Positions 38,503 to 51,172 of a DNA stretch of 64,000 bases are shown piece by piece. The stretch covers positions 22,010,001 to 22,074,000 of the forward strand of contig OX597833.1 of assembly GCA_951406725.2 (NCBI GenBank), written 5' to 3'. A program made the position numbers and the translations under genes. Each line of letters opens with the position of its first letter. The stretch's first letter is position 1. The DNA is from Octopus vulgaris. Taxonomy: Eukaryota. The notes beneath the pieces were generated by a model. The model was not told the DNA's origin, ran no database searches, and worked only from the letters and a program-made list of their open reading frames with translations.

Positions 38503-40286
38503 ATATAAATTAGAGAAAAACCACTAATATGCAATTCAAACAATGATAGACATAAATCATACCATATAGAAAAAATATAATATACGATAAAACATTTACC
38601 TAGATCACAATAAAGTACATAATAATAAATAAACAGTATATAATTAGTAAATAGACTATGTATGCTTTGTGGCTATATCTTCAATTCGAATTACAATTAA
38701 ATTTAAATTTAATCGATCCAAAAACAATTCAATTTGAAAATAGAGTCACTCCTCAGGTCAACAATAATAACAATAATAGTTAAATACATATTTTTAATAA
38801 ATAACCAAACAGAATTAAACAATATTTCTTAAAGAAGTAAAAACATGATTCTTCTTGTAGAAGAAATTCTATTAACTAAATTTTTAACTTAAAAAGTAGG
38901 ACCAAGTGTTTATAATAAATTTATCACGTTAAAAACCTAATGTAAAAAAAAAATAGAATAAATAGATAGAAATATGTATTTTATCTGTGAAGATATATTT
39001 TAGCTTTGAGAATAATCTAAAGTAAATATAGTATATCGTTACTGGAAAAATATAAGAGTCCAATTAATTAAAATAAAAATACTTAAGATACATCATATAT
39101 TTAATTTAAGCTAAATTACTATAATTTAATTTATATTCATTAGTTAATTAAATTATATATTTATTTATTAATTAAATAAACATCTAATTTGATATGATTC
39201 TAACTATGTACTAAACCCTATACAAACATGTGTAGACTTATAATATGTAATATGTTCTATATCAACAACGCTGCAGCCACAACTCTGTAATAGTATTTTG
39301 TATATATTTCAAAAATATACTCACAAATAATTTAAACTTATATAAGTAAATTAATTTATGTCTAGAACTAATATTTCGCTCATTGATTGAATAAACAAAG
39401 TAATTATTATTATTATTAAATTCAATAGTATATAAAGAAAAAAAAACTTTTCACTACCCATACTATAATATTTTGCATTACAAACTATTTCGCAAAACAA
39501 CCACAAATAATACTTTTAGATTTTAGTTCACATATAATAATTATAATAATAAGAATAATTAAATAAATGTATCTTAAATTATAATTAACAAATAAAAAAA
39601 TTAGAAATACATATTTTTTCCATCAATAAACATATAAATTTCACCATTATTTCTTAAATAAAATGTATACTTATTTTTTTGAAGATATTTTATGAACTAG
39701 AAATTTTAAATTAAAAACGTATAACTTAGTGTTTATATGTCAAGATCTAATATTTCGCTTATTGAGGGAATAACGAAAGTACTTATTATTATTAAATTCA
39801 ATAGTACAAACAAATAAAAAACTTTTCACTACCTATACTATAATATTTTATGTTACAAACTATTTCACAAAGAAACCACACTTAATGCTTTTAGATTTTA
39901 GTTCACATATAATAATTATAATAAAAAGAATAATTAAATAAATGTATGTGCCTAAATTATAATTAACAAATAAAAAAAATTAGAAATCCATATTTTTTCA
40001 ATTAATAAGCATATAAATTACACCATTATTTCTTAAATAAATTGTATGCTTATCTTTCCGAAGATATTTATGAACTAAAAATTTCAAAACTAAAAACTTG
40101 TTACTTAGCGTTTAAAAATTTACTCTCAAAACTAAAAACTTGTTACTTAGCGTTTAAAAATTTACTCATGAAAAAAGTACTTATTATTATTATTAAATTC
40201 AATATTACAAAAAAAATTAAAACTTTTCACAACCTGTCTATCATTGTTTGAATTGCATAATAGTGGTTTTTCTCTAATTTATATAT
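38503..40286. mobile_element. Very AT-rich 1.8-kb element with ~50-bp inverted ends, a decayed HHR and an internal ~379-bp tandem repeat
   Basis: aaattagagaaaaaccactaatatgcaattcaaacaatgatagac / gtctatcattgtttgaattgcataatagtggtttttctctaattt; repeat units start at ~39368 and ~39747; 42-bp duplication at 40084-40167. Confidence 0.75.
38654..38759 (-). ncRNA. Decayed type I hammerhead motif with long stem II
   Basis: Minus strand reads gac-CTGAGGA-gtgactcta...tatagccac-AAAG-cataca-TA-gtc; the GAAA box is mutated. Confidence 0.45.
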
Positions 40287-40297
40287 AAATCGTTTAG

Positions 40298-40650
40298 TCA
40301 TCATCATCGTTTAGCGTCTGCTTTCCATGCTAGCATGGGTTGGATGGTTCAACTGGGGTCTGGGAAGCTCGAAGGCTGTACCAGGCCAGTCAGATCTGGC
40401 GGTGTTTCTACAGCTGGATGCCCTTCCGAAAGCCAACCACTCCGTGAGTGTAGTGGGTGCTTTTTACGTGCCACCGGCACAGGTGCCAGACGGGTCTGGC
40501 AAACGGCCACGATCGGATGGTGCTTTTTATGTGCCACCGGCATGGGGGCCAGGTGAGGCTGGCAACGGCCACGATCGGATGGTGCCTTTTACGTGCCACC
40601 GGCACGAGGCCAGTCGGGGCGGCGCTGGCAACGGCCATGTTCGGACAGTT
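40298..40650 (-). mobile_element. SINE family D with (GAT)n tail and internal ~60-bp repeats
   Basis: Related copies at 25065-25230, 42020-42215, 43612-43925, 45330-45600 and 48037-48320. Confidence 0.85.
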
Positions 40651-41011
40651 CTCTTAAAAGTAGAATTAACTTAATCAGTTAAAGAAATCTAATTTGATGT
40701 CAGCAGTATTTGGTTTCAAATTGAAAAACAATTTTGATTAATATGCTGAACACTAGAAACAGAAAAAGTTTCATCAATCTGAAATCAATCAAATAAATAC
40801 CATTCTAATGATTTTTGTTTTGTTTTCATTTCTAAAGCCAGGTTAATCTCATTTAGAAACTACTTGATAAGCACTGAATAATCCATAAGAATTTAGGAAC
40901 AAAATCAATAAAATAAACCTGATTAAAAAGCTTGCTTTTCAACTGTATGGTTTCATGTTCAATCCCACAGCATGGCACTTTTGGCAAGAGTTTTCTTCTA
41001 TAGCCCTAGAA

Positions 41012-41549
41012 CAGGGGTCACCAAACTTTTTTCATGGTGGGCCAGATAGCAGAGAATGATGAGCACGGGCTGCATAACCATTTTGTTCAATACAATACAG
41101 TGAATACACAATAAATAAAGACAACCAACATATTTATTTACCAAGAAGTTATCAAAGAAGGTGATGTTAGCAATAAGATAGTTATATCCACACCCAGTGT
41201 GTACATAACCGAATCTCACAAACTAAGCAGCAAAAAAGGTTAGTGAGATTTGTGAAACTGGAGTTTAGCTTTTAAGATATCATCAATATTTGCTTTGGAA
41301 CTGCTGCATCCAACCAACATAGGTTTCAAATATTCATCAGTCCATCTCATTCGATGTGCTGACTTCACATACTTCATTATTGAAAATGTTTGCTCACAGA
41401 CATCAATTGTTCAAGACACTAATGCCATACCAGAGACAAATGAACTCTCATTGCAGGGAGTTACACAAAAGGTACAGTGCAGTGGCAGGCCGGATGAACT
41501 GACTTTGTAGGTTGGATATGGCCCGCAGGCCATAGTTTGGTGACCCCTG
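41012..41549 (-). mobile_element. Internally deleted hAT (Buster/SPIN-like) transposon nested in a SINE-A
   Basis: Perfect TIR CAGGGGTCACCAAACT/AGTTTGGTGACCCCTG; 8-bp flanks ccctagaa/ctctagga; minus-strand CEQTFSIMKYVKSAHRMRWTDEYL...QFHKSH* is a hAT dimerisation-domain C-terminus. Confidence 0.9.
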
Positions 41550-41652
41550 CTCTAGGATGACCAAAGCCTTGTGAGTGAATTTGGTAAATGGAAACTGTGT
41601 GGCAGTCTGTCATGTACATATACATACATACATACACACACACAAACACACT

Positions 41653-41683
<31 letters not shown>

Positions 41684-42229
41684 ACATACATACATATATA
41701 TTTGATGAAATTTTATTTAACAGTAAGAAAATTCTAATATTACAATAAATTGTTTCGTAACTTAAAAACAAGTAGATAATTTATATTGTATTTAATAATA
41801 AATAAATTACTTACACATCTGTATTAATGCAAAATACAAAGTATCTTTCAAAATAATTCAGAATTTAAGCTATGTCCACAGGTAAAGAAAGAAAGTCTTT
41901 TTTAAATGCTAAATTCTTGACATAATGTTATAGGAATGTAAAGTCAAAATCTTAAAGATTATGGAAGACAATAATAATAAAATTGATATAAATTAATGAG
42001 AAGATTTTCTAATATATATATCATCATCTTTTAACGTCTATTTTTCCTGCTGGCATGGGTTAGAGGGTTTGACAGGAGCTGGCAAGTTGGAGAGCTGCAT
42101 CATGCTCTGATTGTCTGTTTTGGCTTAGTTTCTACAGCTGGGTGCCCTTCCTAATGCCAACCACTTTACAGAGTGCAGTAGGTGCTTTTCACGTGTCACC
42201 AGCACTAGTGCTTTTACATGATACAAGCA

Positions 42230-42268
<39 letters not shown>

Positions 42269-42436
42269 GCAGGCATGACTCTGTAAGAAGCTTGCTTCCC
42301 AACCATATGGTCTTGGGTTGAGTCCTACTGTATGGCACCATGGACACATATTCTTCCACTACAGCCCTAGGCTGATCAATGTCTTGTAAATGGATCTGGT
42401 GGTTGAAAATTGAAAGAAGTTCATAATATATAGATA

Positions 42437-42493
<57 letters not shown>

Positions 42494-43438
42494 ATGTCTT
42501 TGTGTCTGTGTTTGGTCCCACTACTTGACAACTAGTGTTGGTCTGTTTACATCCCTGTAACTTGGCAGTTCGGCAAAACAGACCAATAGAATAAGTTCCA
42601 AACTTAAGAAAAAAAAATCTTTAATGACTGAGGTTGATTTGTTTAACTAAAAACCCCTTTAAGGCAGTGCTCCAGCATGACCACACCCCATTGGCTGAAA
42701 CAAGTAAAAAGACAAAAAGATAAAAAACTTTTCTTGTCACATTCACTAAACACTGAATAAATAAATAAAAATACAAAGAAACAAATAAATAGCCATAATT
42801 GAAAGCAATAACTCAAGGGAGTTGTTATTAAATCATATATTTTCCCACGACAAAACCTCAATAAATTTATTATGTATTATTAGATTAGGATTCAGAAAGA
42901 AAGCTGAATGTATTATTAAATTAAGAACTGAGAAAGGGGAGTGAATGTAAAATGAAAAGAAAACAAAACTCTATATTTTATTATACGTCTCAGTATTCTG
43001 CTTGTCCAAAGTCTAATAATGTAGTTGTTCCTCTGTAAAGTGTTTATCCAAAACAAAGGACATTGTCGTAAGAGGTCATTTATCTCTGGAAGCTTTCTTC
43101 TGCTCAGTAACCAATCTCCTTACATCAAACTGGTAGAGTTGCCATCGTAAATAGCAGAGATCACCTGACCATCAAGTTGAGTCATGTGACTGAGATGATG
43201 GTAGTTTCGTCATGCCCAGAGATCATCAGTAAAAGTGATATGTCCTCAAGTGGTTATGATAATCAGGACACATATGCTAAATTTCAAGGTCTTTCTCTCT
43301 AATGTATAATGGAATCAAACTTTTACCGTTGTCATCTATCACTACTGCCTCAAAATACATTTTTGGTGTAATAAACCAATTCTTTCAAGTATGTGCAGTG
43401 GTAGCTGGTGAAATCATGAAGTTGAATTCTTAGGGTAA

Positions 43439-43474
<36 letters not shown>

Positions 43475-43477
<3 letters not shown>

Positions 43478-43955
43478 CATTGAAAAATACCTTAGGAATG
43501 AGAACCCAGGTTTGAAATTTCCCCCAAAACACCTGATGAAGGCTGGAGGGTATATCAGCCGAAACGTGTTAACAACAAACAAGATGAGGACAAATATCCG
43601 TCAAATGTAAATCATCATCATCATCGTTTAGCGTCCGCTTTCCATGCTGGCATGGGTTGGATGGTGCAACTGGGGTCTGGGAAGCCAGAAGGCTGCACCA
43701 GGCCCAGTCTGATCTGGCAATGTTTCTACGGCTGGATGCCTTTCCTAACGCCAACCACTCCGTGAGTGTAGTGGGTGCTTTTTACGTGCTACCGGCACAG
43801 GTGCCAGACGAGGCTGGCAAACGGACACGGTCGGATGGTGCTTTTTACGTGCCACCGGTACGGAGGCCAGGCGAGGCTGGCAAACGGCCACGAGTCGGAT
43901 GGTGCTTTTTACGTGCCACCAGCACAAATGTAAATAAGGAACAACTTTGGTAACC
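43475..43955 (+). mobile_element. Penelope-like pLTR fragment with hammerhead motif after (AAT)n, interrupted by SINE-D (TSD caaatgtaaat)
   Basis: aacac-CTGATGA-a-ggctg-gagggtatat-cagcc-GAAAC-gtgtt at ~43528-43570; second copy at ~44825-44982; short inverted piece at ~44701-44731. Confidence 0.65.
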
Positions 43956-44733
43956 AAGCTGGTGTGGGCAGAAGTTGAGAAATCGTGGTTTCATTCATTA
44001 GCAGCAGACACTAACAAACAATATGGCAGCCTTTTTTTTAGTTTTTGAGGAGCAGGTTTTCCCATTTGCCTAACTCATAAAATCAGAAGAGATTTGAGAT
44101 TTGAAGCCACATGCATCACAGAACTTTTTTATATAATAATTAATTCAAGATTGCTTAATCAAACTGATATTATCTTCATCATAAGTAACAGATAGGCTTC
44201 CTTCAATGCATCTTGCTTGCTGTTCGACTAGATCATGTGCTTGCATCAATGCTATCAACTTTTAAGCATGGTATTAAGTGACTGCAACAACTTCATTCTC
44301 ATAGTGTAACTTATCTTCTCAATGAATTAATCCACTATTACACTATCAGTAGCATACTTATCAAAATCCCATGCTTATGCATCTGTTTTTAGTTGAGAAA
44401 CATAACTGAGGGGTATTTGTCCTGGGGTAAGATAAACTGGGATATCATCCTCTCATAACTCAAATTATTTTTCTGTACTGAATTATAACGCCATACGTTG
44501 CATTTACATAAGTTAATTTGCCATCGTTTAGTATATGATAAATTTCAATGTTTCTCCACTTTTAATATATAATGGTACCACCAATTTTTGTGGACATTTA
44601 TCATAGTTATCTTGGGTGTTAAGCAACAACTTGGGTAATACAGTTCTATAATACAGTTCTATATTAAAGAGGTGAAGAATTATGTACACTATTGACAATT
44701 GAAGGATATTTGTCCTCATCTTGTTTGTTGTGA

Positions 44734-44793
<60 letters not shown>

Positions 44794-45197
44794 TAATAAT
44801 AATAATAATAATAATTATAATAATAACATCAAAAAATACCTTAGGAATGAGAACCCAGGTTCAAAATTTCCCCAAGACACCTGATGCAGGTTGAGGGTAT
44901 ATCAGTTGAAATGTTATGTTAACAACAAACAAGATGATGACAAATATCCATCAAATGTAAATAATGAACAACTTTGGTAACTATTTAGGAACTTTAGGAA
45001 CTATTTATAAATTTTCTTGAAAGAAACAGGCATGGCTGTGTGGTTTCAGAAGTTTGCTTCAGAGCCATGTAGTTTCAGTTTCAGTTACACGTTAGGGTAC
45101 TTTGAGCAAGTATCTTCTACTATAGCCCCAGGTCAACCAATGTCATTGTGAGCGAATGTAGTTGATGGAAACTGTTGAAGCCTATCATGTGTGCATG

Positions 45198-45243
<46 letters not shown>

Positions 45244-46170
45244 GACAAGGGACCAGGAGATGTGGTGATTTGCTGTACTTGATAAGATGCATCAAGCCAA
45301 GTAAAATTGCTGTCTTCCTCACACGCAGGCTTCTCCTTTCAGGTGCTAGTGCCACATAAAAAGCACCCATGCAGGTGCAGTGTAAACACACTCATGCCAA
45401 TGGCATGTAAAAACCACCCAGCACACTCTGTTAAGTGGTTGGCATTAAGAAGGGCATCCAGCCATAGAATACATGCCACAACAGACAAGTAGAGTTTGGA
45501 CAACTCCATGTCAAACTGTCCAAGCCATTCCATCATGGAAAGCAGACATTAAACAAAGATGACAACGACGACGACGACGATGATGATGGTGATGATGATA
45601 CATGTGAGTGATTTGGGGTTTGTCTTTGTCCTCCTTTCACTGCTTGAGAACCAGTGTTGATTTGTTTAGGTCCCTGTAACTTAGAGGTTTGGCATAAGAG
45701 ATAGATAGAATAAGTGTTAGACTTAAAAATAACTACTGGGATTGATTTAATGAACTACACTCTTTAGACAGTGATCCAGCATGGCCACAGCCCAATGACG
45801 GCCACATATAAAAAGAAAGACAGAGTAAAAAGCAAAAAGGACAGCAGAAATTAAATATTTTGGCTGAATATCTCTCCAAACTATATTCATAGCAAGTTGG
45901 GTTTGAACAACAAAACTTTAAGCTAACACAACAATCATCCGTTTCACAATGCCCCTACTGGTTTACTCTTTTACTTCTTTCTGTCATTTGACTGTGGCCA
46001 TGCTGGAGCACCACCTTTTAGTCGAGCAAATCGAGCCCTGGACTTATTCTTTGTAAGCCTAGTACTTATTCTATCGGTTCTTTTACCAAACCGCTAAGTT
46101 ACGGGGATGTAAACACACCAGCACCAGTTGTCGAGCGATGTTGAGGGTACAAACACAGACACGCAAACAT

Positions 46171-46209
<39 letters not shown>

Positions 46210-46756
46210 CACAATGGGCCTCTTTCAGTTTCTGTCTACCAAATCCACTCACAGGGTTATAGTAGAAGACACTTGCCCAAGGTCCCATGCAGTGGGATTG
46301 AACCCAGAACCATGTGGTTGGTAAGCAAGCTACTAAATCCACTCACAAAGCGTTGGTCAACCCAAAGCTATAATAGTAGATGGAAACTGAAAGAAGCCCA
46401 TTGTATGTATATACATATATCATCCTCATCATCATTTAACATCTGCTTTCCATGCTAGCATATGTATATATATATATATATATATATATTTAAAAATTGA
46501 GGGAGATAAATTAATATTAATTTTAATATCAATTTAAAACCAGTAGTCCAGCATTCAAAAAATCTGAGGAGTCAGAGAAAATTCAAATATATGTGTATAT
46601 TGGCAGGGCTGGCCTGCTAGGTAGCGGCCAGAATGCTAGAAATAGATCATAAACGATCAAACTACAAGGGAAATTCTCTAGAGGAAGAATTCAGCGAACA
46701 CCAGAACCGAATTTGGCGGGCAGGACATATGAAAAATTAAATAAAAAACAGACTTA

Positions 46757-46832
46757 AATGCATACCTCGGTTTCGGTCTTAACAAAAGAATTACTTGCAT
46801 AATTCAAGTGTCCGTGACTTCTTCAGCACATT
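46757..46832 (-). ncRNA. Type I hammerhead motif (left arm of palindrome)
   Basis: Mirror copy of 47027-47102. Confidence 0.65.
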
Positions 46833-47026
46833 CGGTCCTCGAGATGCAAACCGCAAGACTAACCCCAGCTCTCTGTGTCAAGACAGACACGTGCTTAGTC
46901 TTACTGATTACATCGGGAATAAAATTTCTTGAAATTTTATTCCCGATGTAATCAGTAAGACTAAGCACGTGTCTGTCTTGACACAGAGAGCTGGGGTTAG
47001 TCTTGCGGTTTGCATCTCGAGGACCG

Positions 47027-47102
47027 AATGTGCTGAAGAAGTCACGGACACTTGAATTATGCAAGTAATTCTTTTGTTAAGACCGAAACCGAGGTATGCA
47101 TT
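47027..47102 (+). ncRNA. Type I hammerhead motif (right arm of palindrome)
   Basis: aatgtg-CTGAAGA-agtc-(37 nt)-gacc-GAAA-ccgagg-TA-tgcatt: stem I 6 bp with two G.U pairs, quasi-palindromic stem III, GUA triplet. Confidence 0.65.
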
Positions 47103-47259
47103 TAAGTCTGTTTTTTATTTAATTTTTCATATGTCCTGCCCGCCAAATTCGGTTCTGGTGTTCGCTGAATTCTTCCTCTAGAGAATTTCCCTTGTAGTTT
47201 GATCGTTTATGATCTATTTCTAGCATTCTGGCCGGCTACCTAGCAGACCAGCCCTGCCA

Positions 47260-47315
<56 letters not shown>

Positions 47316-47783
47316 GTGTGTGTGTGCGTGTGTGTGTGCGTGTGTGTGTGCGTGTGTGTGTGTGTTTGTCCTGCACCACCACTTGACAACTGGTGCTGGT
47401 GCATTTATGTAACTGTAACTCAGCGGTTCAGCAAAAGAGACCAATAAAATAAATACTGGGTTTAATTCATTTGACTAAACCTCTTCAAGGCAGTGCTCCA
47501 GCATGGCCACAGTCTAATGACTGAAACAAGTAAAAAAATAAAGCATCCAGTCAATGCTGTGAAGTGGTTGGCATTTGAATGGGCATCCAGCCCTAAAAAC
47601 CATGCCAACACCACAGACACAGTGGCCTGTTGTAGTCTTCTCTCTGAACGGCTGCTGTTGAACCATCCAACCCATGCCGGCATGGAAGACGGATGTTAAA
47701 TGATGATGATGAATGAGTGCTAGTGACAGGGTTTGCTCCATTTAACTTTCTGATTGCTTATACAGCATTCTACTGACCTTACC

Positions 47784-48015
47784 TATTTCTTTATTACCCA
47801 CAAGGGGTTAAACACAGAGGGGACAAACAAAGACAGACATAGGTATTAAGTCGATTACATCGACCCCAGTGCGTAACTGGTACTTAATTTATCGACCCCG
47901 AAAGGATGAAAGGCAAAGTCGACCTCGGCGGAATTTGAACTCACAACGTAACAACAGATGAAATACGGGTACGCATTTCGCCCGGCGTGCTAACGTTTCT
48001 GCCAGCTCGCCGCCT
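47784..48015 (-). mobile_element. Young SINE family B copy with 17-bp TSD
   Basis: ATTCTACTGACCTTACC at 47767-47783 and 48016-48032; CpGs retained. Confidence 0.95.
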
Positions 48016-48559
48016 ATTCTACTGACCTTACCATCACATCATCATCATCATCGTCGTTTAACATCCACTTTCCCTGCTAGCATGGGTTGGACGCTTTGAC
48101 TGTGGGCTGGCGAACCAGATGGCTGCACCAGGCTCCAGTCTTGATCTGGCAGAGTTTCTGCAGCTGGATGCCCTTCCTAACACCAACCACTCCGAGAGTG
48201 CAGTGGGTGCTTTTACGTGCCACCAGCACGAGGGCCAGTCACGCGGTACTGGCAATGGCCACACTCAATGGTGCTTTTTATGTGCCACCTGCACAGGAGC
48301 CAGTCCTGTGGCACTGGCAAACATACAAATACATACATACACACACACACACATACATTCACCCACACAGACACACGAACAGATGTCCTCTATGCTGGGT
48401 TTTCAATATGCTTCTGTTATGCATATCATATTGTTGTTGTTGTTTTGTATGGAAGAGCAAACGTGCTTTATATCATTTTATCATTGTTATCTGTTTTCTT
48501 CTCCAAATTGACAAATAAAAACTATTCTTATTGAAAGCCTGGTAGAGCAACAGCATTGC

Positions 48560-49020
48560 AGTTGGTGTTGCTGTTGGTGGCATTGGTTGTAGTGGTAGTG
48601 GTGTTGATTGGTGATGGTGATGTTGGTGTAAATGGTGGTGGTAGCGGTGGTGGTGGTGGTGGTAGTGATGGAAGATGCTGATGCTGGTGATAGTGGTGTT
48701 AGAGATGGTGGTGTTGGTGGTAGTGATGGTGGTAAAAGTAGTAGTGGCAGTGGTGGTGTTAGTGAGGGGTGATGATAATGATGATGATGATGATAAAGGT
48801 AGTGGTGGTGATGGTGGTAGTGACGATGATAAACCTGATGGTGGTGGTGATGATGATAAGCCTGATGGTGGTGGTGGTGATGATGATAAACCTGATGGTG
48901 GTGGTAGTGATGGTGGTGCTAGCAGTAGTGATGATGGTGGTGGTGGTGGTGGTTGTTGTTGAGGTGGTGGTGGTGGTGGTGATTGGTGGTGGTGTGGTAA
49001 GATTGGTGGTGGTGTGGTAA
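48560..49020. repeat. (GGT/GAT)n low-complexity tract with a short higher-order repeat (gatgataaacctgatggtggtggt x3)
   Basis: Direct reading of the sequence. Confidence 0.9.
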
Positions 49021-49875
49021 GAACACTGACACCACAACAGATGACTGACCTTGGCCAGAACATTCGTATCAATTGACAATAGAGATGTGTTTAGTGTGTT
49101 TAAAAAGCAAATTTAAAAAAATTACATAAATGTTTGTCATGGATTATTTCAATAAGGCTTTTTTTATTCAGCAAAATCTAGAGAGAGAAATAAAGAGAGG
49201 GTGGTGGGGGAAAAGGGGTCAGAGAGTGGAGAGAGAAAAACAGAGTGAAGGAAAGAGCAAGAACAAGCGAGCATTAATAATTTATGTAAGATTAGTTAAA
49301 CAACAATGTCAATATCACGCAAGACAATTACAATGATTTGGCATAACCATGTAACGATAACAATAATAATTTTTTCCAACTATTGGCCCAAGGCCTGAAA
49401 GTTTGGGGTAGTGTCTTTCTCATGTGTCGGCTGTTCCATTAATTAAACCAACTGGGACACTTGTCGTCATAACTGATGGGGTGCCAGTTTTTGTAACACT
49501 ATTACATCGACAATATGACATAACACAATTACAATGAGAAAATGTCATATTGCTATGACACTGACAATATGACATAAGGCTATGTCATAACTGACATGTT
49601 GTAACACTATAACATTATTTTCTATTCTAGGCACAAGGCCCAAAATTTTAGGTGAGGGAGCCAGTTGATTAGATCGATCCCAGTACACAACTGGTACTTA
49701 ATTTATCAACCCCGAAAGGATGAAAGGCAAAGTTTACCTCGGCGGAATTTGAACTCAGAATGTAAAGACAGACGAAATACCGCTAAGCATTTTGCCCAGC
49801 GTGCTAATGTTTCTGCCAGCTCGCCGCCTTAGCAAGATCACAATTATTGTAAGAGTAATGCTGAGGGGTTGGTGG

Positions 49876-49911
<36 letters not shown>

Positions 49912-50469
49912 CAATAATGGTGATGATGATGATGATTATGACAATGATGATGATGATGATGAAGACATCAATGACAAACGATGATGACAATGATGATGAT
50001 GATGGTGATAAGCAACCAAGGACAAGGTCTTTGAATGTGCATATGCCATATTCCTGGTTAGTAAACACTACTAATTCTCAACAGGCCTTCACATAGCAGA
50101 AGTTAAACTACATAAAGTAATCAAAAAGAAAAAAAAGAAAAAAAGAAAAGCAACAATGTTTTGCTTTCCTTTTCTTCTTCCTTCACAATATAACAAAGAC
50201 ATTGCAAGTGAAAGATGTCAATTGTTTTGAACCTACTCTTATAGTGTATAAACAAGTTTATAGCTTAACATTAATTCTAAATGAGGTTAATGGGAACAGA
50301 TCATTGTGTGGCTTTCATTAACTGATTAATAACTAATTATTTTATATGCTATTTGTATTTGTATTACACATGGTGAAATGATTTGACTCATATAGTTACA
50401 TGATTATGCATATACATACATAAACATATGTGATACATATATATATATATGTGTATATATATATATGTA

Positions 50470-50880
50470 TATACTCTTTACTCTTTTACTTGTTTGTCAT
50501 TTGACTGTGGCCATGCTGGAGCACCGCCTTTAGTCGAGCTAATCGACCCCAGGACTTATTCTTTGTAAGCCTAGTACTTATTCTATCGGTCTCTTTTGCC
50601 GAACTGCTAAGTTATGGGGATGTGAACACACCAGCATCGGTTGTCAAGCAATGTTGGGGGGACAAATACAGACACACAAACAAACACATATACATATATA
50701 TATATATATATACATATATACGACAGGCTTCCTTTAGTTTCCGTCTACCAAATCTACTCACAAGGCTTTGATAGGCCCAAGGCTATAGTAGAAGACACTT
50801 GCCCAAGGTGCCATGCAGTGGGACTGAACCTGGAACCATGTGGTTAGTAAGCAAGCTACTTACCACACAACCACTCCTAT
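50470..50880 (-). mobile_element. SINE family A copy
   Basis: Full-length match to the family. Confidence 0.9.
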
Positions 50881-50945
50881 GTCTATATATAGCATATATG
50901 TCTATATGTGTAATATGTATGAATATATATATATATATATATTTG

Positions 50946-51172
50946 AAGGCAGTGAGCTGGCAGACATGTTAGCGTGCTGGGGGCTTAGCTGTATTTTGTC
51001 TGTCGTTACGTTCTGAGTTCAAATTCCGCCAAGGTCGACTTTGCCTTTCATCCTTTTGGGGTCGATAAAAAAAGTACCAGTTTCGCACTGGGGTCGATGT
51101 AATCAACTGAATCCCTTTGTCTGTCCTTGTTTGTCTCCTCTATGTTTAGCCCCTTGTGGGCAATAAAGAAAT
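50946..51172 (+). mobile_element. SINE family B copy
   Basis: Full-length match to the family. Confidence 0.9.

Larger units (their letters stand above)
46601..47259. mobile_element. Near-perfect ~660-bp palindromic (fold-back) element in a TA-rich tract
   Basis: ~328-bp arms around aaaatttc-TT-gaaatttt (centre 46929-46930); one mismatch and one 1-bp indel found by eye. Confidence 0.95.

Noticed and set aside
38800-40230. Nuclear copy of mitochondrial DNA
   Set aside because: AT-rich, but no recognisable mitochondrial rRNA, tRNA or protein motifs, and it is bounded by inverted ends.
43165-43235. Minus-strand CTGATGA...GAAAC with a downstream hairpin
   Set aside because: Stem II is weak, there is no valid UH triplet and no stem I.
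46804-47064. 86-aa ORF across the palindrome centre
   Set aside because: A by-product of the symmetric sequence with no recognisable domain.
48473-49079. 199-aa Pro/Ser/Thr/His-rich ORF and overlapping ORFs (similar cases at 26 and 28.7-29.2 kb)
   Set aside because: Trinucleotide low-complexity tracts are open in several frames; there is no splice or homology evidence.
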